This document shows, piece after piece, positions 1-13,409 of a stretch of DNA of 63,068 nucleotides. Numbering within the stretch: position 1 is the first letter of the stretch; the number at the start of each line of letters is the position of its first letter. The stretch spans positions 16,143,977-16,207,044 of the forward strand of contig NC_068995.1 in assembly GCF_001194135.2 (NCBI RefSeq), given 5' to 3'. Origin of the DNA: Octopus bimaculoides. Taxonomy: Eukaryota. The notes under the pieces were generated by a model. It saw nothing but the letters and a program-made list of their open reading frames with translations, was not told the DNA's origin and made no database searches. The translations under genes and the position numbers were made by a program.

Positions 1-60
1 GCACAGAACTGCGCTCGGTAATGAAGTGAAAGCACGTTATAAAAATAAAACTACTGAACA
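1..60 (+). mobile_element. 3' UTR end of an R4/Dong-like LINE followed by (AAT)n
   Basis: GCACAGA..CGCTCGGTA..GAAAGCACG is similar to 1082-1120, the end of the R4-like fragment. Confidence 0.55.
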
Positions 61-128
<68 letters not shown>

Positions 129-354
129 GAAGAAGAAGAAGAAGAAGAAGAAATTAATAGATTTCAAATTTTGGCACAATGCCAGCAATTTCGGAGAAGA
201 AGTGAGTCGTTTACATCGACCCCAGTGCTCAACTGGTACAACAACGACGACGACGACGACGACGACGATGATGATGATGATTTCAAATTTTGACACAAGG
301 CTAGTAATTTCGGAATATGCTAATGATTCTAGCCTCTCACCGCCTTCATAAAAA

Positions 355-416
355 TAATGATAACAGACACTGAAGGGCTCTTAATTGCGGTACAATATCA
401 AAACTTCCTTACCACC

Positions 417-486
<70 letters not shown>

Positions 487-1130
487 CCTATGAAAAACAC
501 AAACTGAAGCAGAATACAATAAATAACTGCAGAATATATAGTGATGAGGACGCAACAACTCTTATCTTCTCTTGCTGCCCAGTCTGGGCCAAAATGAACT
601 ATGTCCGCAGTTTGGACGGATCTGGGAGTTACACTGGAAGTTGCGCAAGTGGAAAAATGATATGCGGATACCTAGAAAAAGTCTCGGAAAATGATAAAAC
701 AACCATACTCTAGGCTACGCCAATAAACGGAAATAGGGAGATCACGGCTAATTGACCAGTTATTGTTGTTAAGGAGCACCAACAAAAAGATGCCTTCTGA
801 TAGAAATGGAGTAGCTTTCGGAATTCAAATCTCTAGAAATAGAGATAACTCGAATATGGAACCTGAAGGCAGAAAATTCCTATAACAGGCGCTTTAGTTA
901 TGGTCACAAAACATACAGACCATACAGGTATCAAAAAAAGTACATGACAATAATTACACGACCTACAAAAATATATAATATACATACGGTTGCACTACTA
1001 GGCACCGCAAATATCCTATGTAGTGTACTTTCAATAGAGTAAAAATATCAACTTCAAAACAAACCACAGCACATACGCAAGGCACAGAGAGCTACGCTCG
1101 GTAGGGCAGCGAAAGCACGCTTGAATAATA
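355..1130 (+). mobile_element. R4/Dong-like non-LTR retrotransposon 3' fragment (zinc knuckle + restriction-like endonuclease), degenerate
   Basis: TEGLLIA.., CRI..CCPVWAK.., EKVSENDKTTIL, and ALLGTANIL-like C-terminal remnants. Interrupted by (ATA)n at 419-482 and ends in AAT repeats. Confidence 0.8.
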
Positions 1131-1294
1131 ATGATAATAATCTTTTCAACTGAAATCGCAAGGCCTCAATTTTGGGGAAAGGGATTAAGTCAATCACATC
1201 GACCCAGTGCGTAACTGGTACTTATTTAATCGACTCCAAAAGGATGGAAGGCAATGTCGAGACAGAATCACTCAGGAACAAGCATTAAGGACCG

Positions 1295-2045
1295 ATTATA
1301 CGAAATGTTTCTGTAGTTGTAAATTTTGCTTGGGTTAAGAGATTTTTAAGGTTTGGGTGCTTGCCGTCTGCTATACATTATTTTTGAGTTTGTTATTAAT
1401 TGGTTCATTCTTAATGAATGTTGAAGGATTGGGAGGTATCGTTTTGCAGTGTTGATGAAGTCGTGATTTCTTGGGTTGTGAGTGATGTAAAAAGAATGCT
1501 TATGAGTTCATTTTTATTTTTATTTTTGTGTGTTTGTTTTTTTCTGGGGGTTGGGGGGTTGTGGTTGGGATAGTTTTTGCTGTGTCAATTAAACTAGTGG
1601 GATATTTTTGCTCCTTTAGAAATATTTTTAATTCCTGTAATCTTGTGTCCCTTAATTCTACATCTATTACTATTGAGCAAATTCTTTTTGCCATATCAAA
1701 GAGTATGTTTATTTTGGTATGTGAGGGATGGGAGGAATGAAAGTTCAAATACTGGTGTGTATCTGTAAGTTTGAGAAGAGATCTGTTTTTATAATGTTAT
1801 TTACTTTAATTAGAAGTCTGTCCAAAAATCGTATTTCCTTTGTGGTTTGTTCCATGGTGAATTTGATTGAAGTGTATGTTGTTTAAAAGTGAGTTACATA
1901 TTCTTACGTCTTCTTGGTTTTTGGTCCAGAATATAAAGCAATCGTCTAAATATCGTTTCCAATTTTTTTTTTTTTTATATAAATGGAGAATTGTTCATTA
2001 AATGTTTCCGTTAGCTGAGAATAACTTTTGACCTCTAAGAAGATC
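1295..2045 (-). mobile_element. Penelope-like element RT/linker fragment, degenerate
   Basis: WKRYLDDCFIFWT (about 1920-1962), NFHSSHPSHTKIN..AKRICSIV..LQELKIFLKEQKYP, and THNPRN..RRQAPNL.NLLTQAKF-like remnants; frameshifted. Confidence 0.85.
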
Positions 2046-2454
2046 ATAAGTTTACTTTTTGTATTATTTTATTATATTTTGTATTATTTTTATGTTAGTT
2101 TTTATAATCTTTACTTTCGATTTTTTTTTCTATCTTTTCTTTTCTTTTTTTCTTTTTTTATTTGTATACTTGCAAGAAAAAAATCTTTTGCTATATAAAC
2201 AACCTTCTAACCATAGAATTTAAGTTCGAAAACGGCTATCGAAAAGCTCGAAACTCATTTGAGTAACTGTAAACATTATCATTAAAATAGAAATTATCCC
2301 NNNNNNNNNNNNNNNNNNNNNNNNNNNNNNNNNNNNNNNNNNNNNNNNNNNNNNNNNNNNNNNNNNNNNNNNNNNNNNNNNNNNNNNNNNNNNNNNNNNN
2401 NNNNNNNNNNNNNNNNNNNNNNNNNNNNNNNNNNNNNNNNNNNNNNNNNNNNNN

Positions 2455-2492
<38 letters not shown>

Positions 2493-3134
2493 TGTATGTA
2501 TGTATGTATGTATGTATGTATGTTTGTCTCCTACCACCGCTTGCTTCTGGTGGTGTTTACGTGCCCGTAATGTCAGCTCGGCAGTAATGCTGATAAAATA
2601 AACAACAGGCATAAAACAATGAGAACTGGGGGCGATTCATTCGATTAAAAATTCTTCGAGGCGGCACCCTGGCATGGCTGTATGTAGTCGAATGACTGAA
2701 ACAAGTAAGATTATATATATATATATATATGTGTGTGTATGTGTATGTGTGTGTGTGCGCACACGCGCGTGTCTGTCTGTGTGTATGTGTAATAAAGCTT
2801 TCTACTATAGAAAACGGGCTGACAGTTGTTTTAGCTGATGAGCCTTGACCTCCACTGCTCAATTGGTAGTTATTTCAACTTCGAAAGAATGAAAAGCAAA
2901 GTCGACCTCGGCAGAATTTCACCTCATATGTGTATATTAAATGATTATAATTTTATATTTAAAGTTTGTTAATACTTATTTAAAAAGTTCTTTATTATGT
3001 ATGCATACAAACACAGAAACGTATGCACACACACACACATATATATAGATAGATAGATATATAGATATAGATAGATATATTCATACATACATAGACAGAC
3101 AGATAGATACATACATATATACACACACACACAC

Positions 3135-3165
<31 letters not shown>

Positions 3166-3175
3166 NNNNNNNNNN

Positions 3176-3213
<38 letters not shown>

Positions 3214-3397
3214 ATCAAACGCCAAAACACAGATGAAGATTAAGAGATACTTTAAAAGGAAATGGCAAGAATATCTCGATGCGAATATCAATATAACAAT
3301 GCAGTGGATGGTGAGGTAGCCAAAATAAGAAGCAAGATAGTACTATAACTTCTGGATAGGGTCAAAACACAGGCGCGCACACACGCACACACACACA

Positions 3398-3437
<40 letters not shown>

Positions 3438-3789
3438 TACACACACAAACTACCACATATAAGCACACACTCAGGCGGCCCGTACACATTCACACGAGTA
3501 GAAAGACAAGAATATCTAATCAGATTATAGAACATAAACCTAGCACCCGTGTATGAGTTTCTGGAGAATCATTATTATATAACCATCTGTACTAATTAGA
3601 TTCACGAACAAAGCAAGTGACTAAAATCTATTCTGCTTTGCTTTATCAGCAAAGCAGAATAGAGTTTAGAGTGAATTTACTCCGTTTCTTATGTTTATTT
3701 GAGATAAATCTTAGTAACAAAATTTCACTCATTCACAATGTCTTACGTTCACCATAAACGTTATCGGATAAAGGAAGGACATAGAATCT

Positions 3790-3893
3790 ACTTCTACTTA
3801 ACGTAATGGACAGATGCAACACACACACACACACACACACACAGATGCACACACACGCACACACACACACACACACCTATATGTATACATATA

Positions 3894-3971
<78 letters not shown>

Positions 3972-4041
3972 GTATGTATATACATGTGTATCTATATGTA
4001 TATGAATATATATATATATATGTATGTGTGCGTGTGTGTAT

Positions 4042-4081
<40 letters not shown>

Positions 4082-4300
4082 GTATGTATATACATGTGTA
4101 TGTATATGTATATGAATATATGAATATATATATATATGTATGTGTGCGTGTGTGTATGTATGTATATATATATATATATATATATATACATGTGTGTGTG
4201 TGTGTAATATATATATATATTGATATATATATATACATATGCATATACACTCAAATATATATATATATCCATCCATCCATCCATCCATCCATCCATCCAT
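3790..4300. repeat. Compound (CA)/(TA)/(CATC) microsatellite block, representative of dozens in the window
   Basis: Read directly; most N-gaps are flanked by (TA)n, (CA)n, (GA)n or (AAT)n. Confidence 0.95.
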
Positions 4301-4718
4301 ACACACTTACGTACACATAAACATATACTTACGTACATTTAATGATACGCATGCACTCACATATAGTAATTTTATTGAGAATGACTTCGAAGTAAATTTC
4401 GCGAAACCAGTTTTTAGGACCGATTCTTCGCTTGTAGTTACTGTTTTTTTTCTGTTAACCTACACCGTTTTATACTCATAAAAGCCTCCTAAGTGTGGAT
4501 GTGAGTGATAAGAAGTCTGCTGCCCAACCACATAGCTTTGGGTGCAGTTCCACTGTGTGTCGCATTGAGCAGGTTGGCAGGTGCCATTTACTATCGCCCT
4601 GGACATGTTAATGTGTTTGGTAGACGAAAATTAAAAGAATCTTGTCATATATATANNNNNNNNNNATGAGATAAAAATCCAAGGCTGTGAAAGATTTCAG
4701 AACATTTATAAATAGAAG

Positions 4719-4766
4719 GTCTTACAGCTGTTTCCGAGATATTTTATATATCCCTTCATCGGAGAC
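4719..4766 (-). ncRNA. Type I hammerhead motif (Penelope-type), U4C variant
   Basis: Minus strand reads GUCU-CCGAUGA-A-GGGAUAU(auaaa)AUAUCUC-G-GAAAC-AGCU-GUA-AGAC; stem III is the palindrome ACAGCUGU. Confidence 0.6.
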
Positions 4767-6299
4767 GTTGCGAGAGAAAGGTTATGCAATACTTATTCTA
4801 GAGAATATATGAAATAGAGAGTGAAGTAGAGGAATGAAAACAGATGTGAGATATGCAGGGATATGGTATCTGTAGGTCCATTATTTAAGCAGAATGGTAT
4901 GCATATAAGTTTCCTGTGCCTTGTGTGTAAGTTCCAATAGTATTTAAAATTGGTCATTCCACCCTAATATATAACCTACCTTGGACTCCTTATTCGCATA
5001 ATCACCGAACCTGGAGCTTAACTATAGTCTGTTCATATCACTTACTCAGCTTTACCTGACACCTTTGGGTCTTCTTGACATAATTACCTCTCATAACCTC
5101 AATATATATATATATATATATCCGGTGTTCATTTGTTTACTTAGAGATTCGACAATAAAACCGGATCAAACAAATGTCAGGCTTAAAAGAATAAGTACTG
5201 CGGTCGATTCGCTTGATGTGTCCATAATATCAAAATAAAATGTATACACAAATTGAATATTTGGCAGCTGGTAGTATGCCTCGACATATAGGGAGATGAC
5301 ATAATCTTGTGCATAAGGGGTCGCTATGAGAAAACTGATGTGGAATGGGCGTAATAGTTTGATCGAGGCAACACATGGTAACCTAAACGAGATCTTGAAG
5401 GCAAACTACGAGAATTTGCTGAAAAGTTCCAGGCTTTGGGTACAGAAAATGCAGGCAGTTCACTTAATTGTGATTTTATTTAACAAATTCCCCTCTCAGA
5501 TTCATACGCTCATTGCAATCGTCCTTCAGGTTTTCTAAGTTCCCCTGTAAAATAACTCGAAAGTTTGGGCCCCTAACCAGGCCATTCGCGATACCGTTAA
5601 AGCCAAAAACTTTTCAGTACCCCATCGTACATAAATGACACCCAACTGGATTTGTGAATTAGGGATATATAATTATGTGCCACGAATATTGCAGCACAAA
5701 CTATCTGAGACACCGGTCATATTAACGTCTCAACTGACTTCGGAGGAGCACACTCCTCAGCAAAATGGGGACACATAACAAGAGCAATCGAAATATAAAA
5801 AGAAAACATAAACAAGTCATTCAGACGCAAATGCGATAAACTCAGACATTTACACTGATATGACACTGTTAATCCCAACCTCCGATTTATTTCTCTTTAG
5901 TAATTCGTAAAATGATGAGTGCATGAGGGGACTGTGGCAATATGTGGCGGGGTGATGAAAATAAAAGGAAAACACACAGAAGAACGACAGCTGCGCAACT
6001 CTGAAGACAAAAAGGTTTAACGTGCCTGCGAAGAACTCGTCAATCCTCCATCTACCGTCATTACGACACCGACCAAATCAACAAGAACTAAAATCACAAA
6101 CGAATAACTGAAGGAACAGCAGGAAACTCGCACAGAAACACATTAACAAACAGCCCAAAATAACCGATAAAACCAAAATAACAGCAGTAGCATGAACAAC
6201 AGCAACAAAAGTAACAATACAAAAATTCCAACTCGCAAAAAACACCCCTCATCGACTTCTTTGTTGCAAATAGAATCAAAAATGAGTTTGTGAAGTAAC

Positions 6300-7570
6300 A
6301 GAATGCAATGAAAATGTTTAAGAAGTATAAGGGAAGGGTTTGTGGAAATTATCGTCATATCGCTGACAAGCAAATTTCTGTTGAAAATGTCATCGGGTGT
6401 CTATACGAAACAGAGAAGAAAATCGTTTGGCGACGTCGGAGTTTTCCAACATGAGTCCATAGAGAACCTTTTGGCGGGCATCTCAATGGATCCCTTCCCA
6501 GACTTCAAGACCTTATTACCTGTTTTTCTAGAAAAAGTTAAGTACCCTCCTTCATATTTTTCTTAACTCGACTTGGCTGTAATCAGTGTTGAATATGTAA
6601 ATGCACGAAGCCTGCAATCGGTTTGGTGGCAAGGTCGCTTTATTAACGGACTCAGGTTACTGGATTTAGATAAGGTAGTCATTAGATAGATCAAGAATTT
6701 CTGCACACATTCACTCACATTTCTTGAATGGTACTATACTACGCACGGTTTTATAGAACCGGATTGAAGCGGATAGTATCAGAGAAGGTGCTGTTTTCAG
6801 AGACAGTTTATGCTGAACTAGGCTAGGTTAAAGTAGATGGGTTACTTTTAGCATCCAGAATCCTTTTTGAGAAACCTCGATCCTTAGTGCCAGTGGATTA
6901 CAGGGATGGCATTTTTGGTGCACGATGAGACTGTGCGAGGCCTTATAATTTTCGAACATTTCTAATCCTCATACAAATTCCGTCTGGATTTACCGACCGT
7001 GCCGATGTCGACAAGAATAAACGGCACCGGATTAGTTGTATCATGTTTAGGGAGAAGATTAACTTGTCAGCGAATGGATGAGCATATGTTGGTTGGCTGC
7101 ATGTCGACTAAGATATACATAGGCAATCTAAATAGGATGTATAAATATGGTTTCGGTTGATGGGAACCGAATGTGTTGTTTTTTTTAATGGCACTGGAAA
7201 TCCTTAGACACCAAATCAACGAGCTAGATGATCGGGCGTTGACGAGCAAGCGTAAATGACCGGTGGCTGGTTTCTCTGAAGCAAACTATTAGAGTGGAAG
7301 AAAATAATGTAGAGCGAGAAGCAATAAAAAATAATAGATTAGAGAAGGTCAGTAGATTAGAAAAGGCGATTAGAAAAAGTACCGAGCCCGACGATCTGGT
7401 AACAAAAATAGAGCCAATCCATTTGTTCAACGCGAAACAGGGAGATTGCAATGTCGGACCTAAGGCACGTTGTGTGGTGTGCTCTTAGACTTGTTAGTAC
7501 GAAAACCGTTCGATGGCAGCAGGTAGAAGTGTTGTGGTACAAAGCTAGTCTCGTCCACAAATGGACTGAT
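6300..7570 (+). mobile_element. Probable highly degenerate piggyBac-like transposase remnant
   Basis: Scattered, frameshifted similarity in the expected order: PSYFS..IKNF, DYRDGIFGAR*D, HRQSK..IWFRLM, and C-terminal ARCVVCS..KTVRW. No TIR or TTAA ends identified. Confidence 0.4.
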
Positions 7571-9429
7571 AGGAAGCTGGGGTAGAAGTGGCGAATTAGT
7601 TATATACGTATCATTGTTTGTCCATCGTACCTTCTTCCATTTCCGAACTGATCTGATCAGACTGGAGAATGTACTATTTCATTTCTCGAAGAGGATGTGT
7701 GTTTCACTGATCCCCGGCCCATCTATTGCCAAAAGCTTCAATGTAGAAGGTATGGTATACTGAAGATGGTCATGCCCATATATATATATATATATGAAAC
7801 TGCGCCATCTGAAGAGATTCCCAGATAAACAGATGTGTTTGCTGTTTGTGAGGCCCGTTTTATTAAGGAACATTTCTTCTCCTCGATGGAACCGCATTAC
7901 GGATCAAATGTTCATCAGGATTTGACGTGTAGCATCTGGGGTATAGTCAGGTTCTTACAATACTGAAGCTGTCAAGGGACGTGGCCACTGGTACATTAAC
8001 CATTGCACTCTATATCAGAAGCGAGGGATTTCCGTCCGAATGTATGGATGGTTTCAAGCGCAGGCCATTGAAAAGGCCCAAAAGACCGAAATGCTTCAGG
8101 CATTCTCGGTGGCCACTGCTGTGAAATTTCGTTTCCCTCCTATATCGTGTTTTTAACACTGCAAGTACAGAAGAGATGTTTTCTCAAAACAACTGACACA
8201 GTAACTGTTCTAAGGACTGTGTCATAATGTGTATACAATAAGTGTGATACATAGATCGCTTTCTAGGGAAACAGTTGATTTTCTTTATTATCGACAATAC
8301 TCGACGACTCACTATCCACTGCAAGCTGATTGGCTCCCAGTGATATTTCCCTTAATCCTCCTCTCAAACCAAACATACTAATTCTTCTATCTATTTTAAC
8401 TATTCCCCTGACTTCATCCATACTGGGGCATCGATTCCGACTTGAATTTTCCATTTAAAGAAATGCAGCCGTTCTTCAAACGAAGGTGTTCTCCATCTGT
8501 TGAAGAAACCGATCCCATTGTGCCCTGTCCATTAATCACAACACCACTTTCTTACACTCTACACGACCTGATCTTATTCTATTTTGTCTTCTGTCCGGTT
8601 AATTTGCTTCTTGGTAACCTTCACGTTCTACTCTTAACCACCATAACCATCCCGATTTTGCAAGTATCACCTGTACTATCGCCATAAATCGTTTAGCCTT
8701 TAGTCTCCACCAAACAGACACTTCCAACTGTACACGTTCTCTCTGCACCCGCCTCAACAACCACCGCCTCCCGAACCCAGTTACATATCCCCTTAACCCT
8801 CATTTGGATGTCTACGAACATCACATACTGTGTCATAGTCATATCTGAAGGGTCATCAAATTTTTAAAACAAACCATCTATAGCGGGATCCCTCCACGAA
8901 ACTCATTGCAGAGTTCTCCTTCAAATAACAATATCGTATCTTGTAAACCAATATTTCAGCTCATCTGGTCCCTCCATTAGCCACCTATAATATCCACCAC
9001 CGATGCAAATATATTTATTTATGACGTTATTCTAGAGTGATACATAATAAAACCTCTATCACTAAAGTTTTTTTTTTCCATAATGGGAACGCTACACACA
9101 TTGACTACATCTAATAACATATTCAAGAAATTCGATCTTTTAGAGCTTGATAAGTTTGAATTTTATAAATTGTAGAACTCCTTATAATGCTGTGGGCCTA
9201 CACATGTTTAAAGACTCCCTGCTGGCGATTCCTTTCAAGATGAAATCAAACTCGTCCGAGATCTCATACTTTTTGTTATAAAGAAAATATTTACTCTCTA
9301 CTTAGTTGTATTGAAAAACTTTAAAGTCGTAACATAATATGTATGTATTTGAAGTATAAGAGTCTTTTATATTTTACTGTATCAAATACATACAGACATA
9401 TGCACAAGAGTGCACATATACATGTATGA

Positions 9430-9467
<38 letters not shown>

Positions 9468-10574
9468 GTATGCATATGTGCAAGTAACTGTGTATCAACG
9501 CATATACATGTCTCTCTACCATAAAAGGACATATATTTTACTTCTATTCATGAAGAAAGTATCCATCATGTTATAATATTTTGGATTTCTATCTCGTTTA
9601 AATTTGATTAATAGGCATTTTTTTTTTCTGAGCAAAAATATTAATATAAGAATTATATGTATTGTATATTTTCAGTCCCATCACGTGGCACGTGGAGCAA
9701 GTGTCTTCTTCAATAGCCCCGACTCGACTAGAGCCTTATGAGTAGACTTGAATTTGGCAGACAGAAACTCTGTTAAAACACGTATTTGTCATCCTGCCAT
9801 CGACAACCGGTGTTGGTTTATTTACATTCCCGTAACTTCGTGGTTCGGTAAACATGACAGGCAGAATAAGTATGAAACTTGTATATATATGNNNNNNNNN
9901 NNNNNNNNNNNNNNNNNNNNNNNNNNNNNNNNNNNNNNNNNNNNNNNNNNNNNNNNNNNNNNNNNNNNNNNNNNNNNNNNNNNNNNNNNNNNNNNNNNNN
10001 NNNNNNNNNNNNNNNNNNNNNNNNNNNNNNNNNNNNNNNNNNNNNNNNNNNNNNNNNNNNNNNNNNNNNNNNNNNNNNNNNNNNNNNNNNNNNNNNNNNN
10101 NNNNNNNNNNNNNNNNNNNNNNNNNNNNNNNNNNNNNNNNNNNNNNNNNNNNNNNNNNNNNNNNNNNNNNNNNNNNNNNNNNNNNNNNNNNNNNNNNNNN
10201 NNNNNNNNNNNNNNNNNNNNNNNNNNNNNNNNNNNNNNNNNNNNNNNNNNNNNNNNNNNNNNNNNNNNNNNNNNNNNNNNNNNNNNNNNNNNNNNNNNTT
10301 AGAAATCCTGCAGGACGGTGTCCCACCATGGATGAAGCAAGTACTAGTTAGAAGATAAAAGAAGGGACTTCAAAAGAATTGATATACTAAAATGTGATAG
10401 AATAGTTATTCATCGTTGATTTGATCTATGTATTACACAGTGAAAGGTATATGTAGTTTTGTAGTGTTTCACTGGCTATAACCAATACGACACGGCCATG
10501 CTTGGGCATCGTCATCAAAGATATTGTAATCAATCATACCAACTCCAATATTTATCATAGTCTTAGAAGTTAGA

Positions 10575-10805
10575 CCTTAGTAGTTAGGATATTGGACTCA
10601 TGATCGTAAGATTGTGGTTTCGATTCCTGGACCAGGCAATGCGTTGTAGTCTTGAGCAAAACACTTCATTTCACGTTGCTCCAGTCCACTCAGCTGGCAA
10701 AAATGAGTAATCTTGCGACGGACAGGCGTCCAGTCCAGGTGGGAAATGTTCACGCCTTTGAAACTGGAAAACCGGCCCTCATGAACCTGGCATGGCTCGA
10801 GAAGG
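10575..10805 (+). mobile_element. tRNA-derived SINE with Meta-domain-like core
   Basis: B-box GTTTCGATTCC, then CTTGAGCAAAACACTT..TCCACTCAGCTG..AAATGAGTA and a GCGACGGACAGGCGTCC.GTCCAGG tail. A related copy lies at 22620-22790. Confidence 0.7.
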
Positions 10806-11029
10806 AAATATTTATTTTTATTTATATATATATATATGAAAGAATTCTTTTTAGGAGTGTCGGATCTCGAAGCTGGAATGCTACAACTACATACCGTGTA
10901 AGTATACAACTATAGCTACAACTAATACCGTGCAAGTATGCATTGAACAAATCTTGGAACAGAAAAAATGGAAGGCTGCCCGTGGGACTCGAACTCGCAT
11001 CTTCTGTTAACAAGTATTGTAGCTTGTTA

Positions 11030-11320
11030 CTTCTCGAGCCATGCCTGACTCATAAGGGCCGGTTTCCCGGTTTCATTGGTGTATAGGTTCCCCACCTGGA
11101 CGGGACGCCTGTCCGTCGCAGGTGAGCTGCTAGATGCTGGAGGAAAAGTTAGAGAAAATTGTGCCGAAAGAGTATGCAGAAGTTCGCCATTATCTTCTGT
11201 CGGAGCCGCGCGGAGCTTCGGCGTTTTGCTCATAAACACGCATATCGCCTGGTCTGAGGTTCGACCCTGCGTTCCCTCGACTGCGAGTCCGCTGCTCTAA
11301 CCACTAAACTATGTGCTTCC
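11030..11320 (-). mobile_element. tRNA-derived SINE sharing its 3' tail with 10575-10805, inverted
   Basis: A/B-box head at the right end; the reverse complement of 11030-11118 aligns with 10715-10803. Confidence 0.75.
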
Positions 11321-12827
11321 ACGAATATAAGTATTTAGTTTGCACAAGCTAAACAAGTATTCTCAACAAAAAAGAAGTTGTAGCTAAGTTCACGTTTCAG
11401 AATCATGAACTTGCAGTATTCATAACAACGTAGTCGAAACTGCAGGAACCCTTCACTTAACTTCTATATTATCTATCAAGCAATTATAATTGTATTGTGT
11501 TTTTTTTTGCTATTTTTTTTGAGAGTCTTGCTCGCAGTGTCTAACAGACAATTCTATACAATGACCAGCGTTCGCCTTAAGTGTCACTTCTCGCTGCTTA
11601 TAATGATAAGTGTAATGTTATGTTGCATGAATACGATTGCTGTCAGTTTAACAGTCTAATATTTTTAATGCAGCTTTGGGAATCAGTTATATAAAATGAC
11701 TAAACGAAAATAAAATTAAAATTCGTAGACAGTTATTCAGAAGAGGTATTTCAATTATAACCAATCTAATATCATTCAGTTAGAGTATGGTCCAGATAAT
11801 ATATATCACATTTTAGTTGCCAATAGACTACTAAGGAACACTATCCCCCAGAAGTTATATGTACTGTCTACGGTTTCTGATCGAAGCAGAAGGTCAGCCA
11901 TTTTGTGGATAAGTGGGTAGTTGATTATATAAACCGCAACATTTCACTTCGGACTGTATGTGAGTAGGTAGTGTAAGGTTACATGTTAGTGCAAGGAGGA
12001 ACCATTAAGTTCCAAAAACAGTATCTATGTGTACAGCTTTACATGCAGCAAGCCGAAGAGAGCGGGTAAATGAGATGTTTCAAGTTTTAAACATGTTTGG
12101 AAGATATTAAGTATATTTCTTCCGATTAAAAAATATATATTTGTATATATAATCCGACTGCTGTCTCCATTGGATCGTTCGGTCAATGAATTTTGGAGGC
12201 AATGCATCCCACTTCAGCCTCCGTTTTTCAAAACCCCAGACACTTCGAATATCAACCAGGTCTTCGCTGACTATTGATATATTTGTTTCCCAGATATCTC
12301 TGTTGGTAACTATGGCCATTCTTCTAGGTATGCTCCTACTCGATACATACACACCAAAGCGCATATCTCTAGATTAATTCACACGTTTAGATGTGCCGCT
12401 AAAGTGCTGGCAAACAATATAACCAGTAGCATATGGAAGTTAACTGCTAACAATAATAAAGACGAAAGGCAAAGTTGATTTTGCAGGGATTTGAACATAA
12501 AGACGTAAGAAGCCTAAAGAAATACAGAAGGATTTTTCCCTGAAGCTCTAACAATTTTGCCAATACTGCGGCTTTAATTAATAGATATTTATCTACAATT
12601 GAGCGTTTAATAGGATCTTAAAATATATCTAAAATATATTTAAGATTAATAAGCTTCATGTTTTAAAGTCTTCGCTGTGGAAAATAAACAGATGCAAGTA
12701 CAAACTTTTATTTTCTTTGGACACAAAATACTAGAAGAAACTTTTCTATGTGCGAAAAGACTAATGTGGTTTATCTACATCTTGAAATTTCACAACTGAT
12801 CTTTAAAATCTAGTGTATATATATATA

Positions 12828-12902
<75 letters not shown>

Positions 12903-13170
12903 AGGGGACGTCTGTCTGCAAATCTCCAAAGTTGAGTAACGTTTTCATGATTGGATAAACTACGATAAGAATTACACTGGCCAACAAAGAATTTGCCCTA
13001 AAAATATATGAAATTAAAAATATGTAAAAATACTAACATAGAGAAGCACAGAAAAATATGTAATATACTAACACTTAGAAAAATTAAAACAAAACACGCG
13101 TGTGAAAGGAATCAACACAGAACAATGTGCGACACAGAAACGGGTGAAGTGAAACACAACACAGCGTGCG

Positions 13171-13184
13171 GTTGTCATGGTAAC
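13171..13184. promoter_or_regulatory. RFX X-box (GTTGTCATGGTAAC), with an inverted CCAAT box at 13286-13290
   Basis: Full 14-bp match to the X-box consensus in non-repetitive, locally GC-richer sequence. Target gene unknown. Confidence 0.6.
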
Positions 13185-13409
13185 AACCTGCTAACGCCAC
13201 GCTGTTTGTTGATTAGCTAAAATTGCCCAAATTTCCCAACTTAATTCCAAATAACATCAGATCCTTTAATTTGCAATATAAAGTAATTGGTTGATCGTTA
13301 TTAAAATTCGGAGTTGTATCGACACACCAAAATTGAAAGCAATCTGAGCAAAATTAAAGGGGGCTTATTTTGCGAATGAAACTAACTAGATACGTATTTC
13401 TTTTTATTA

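Noticed and set aside
2225-2275. Hammerhead-like GAAACTC-ATTT-GAGT-A next to the Penelope fragment
   Set aside because: Stem III is good, but the core reads TCGAAAA and stem II barely pairs; too degenerate to call.
5735-5762. GAGGAG-CACA-CTCCTC hairpin overlapping CTGAGGA on the minus strand
   Set aside because: The core overlaps the stem and is followed by GAAG rather than GAAA; it is an isolated short hairpin.
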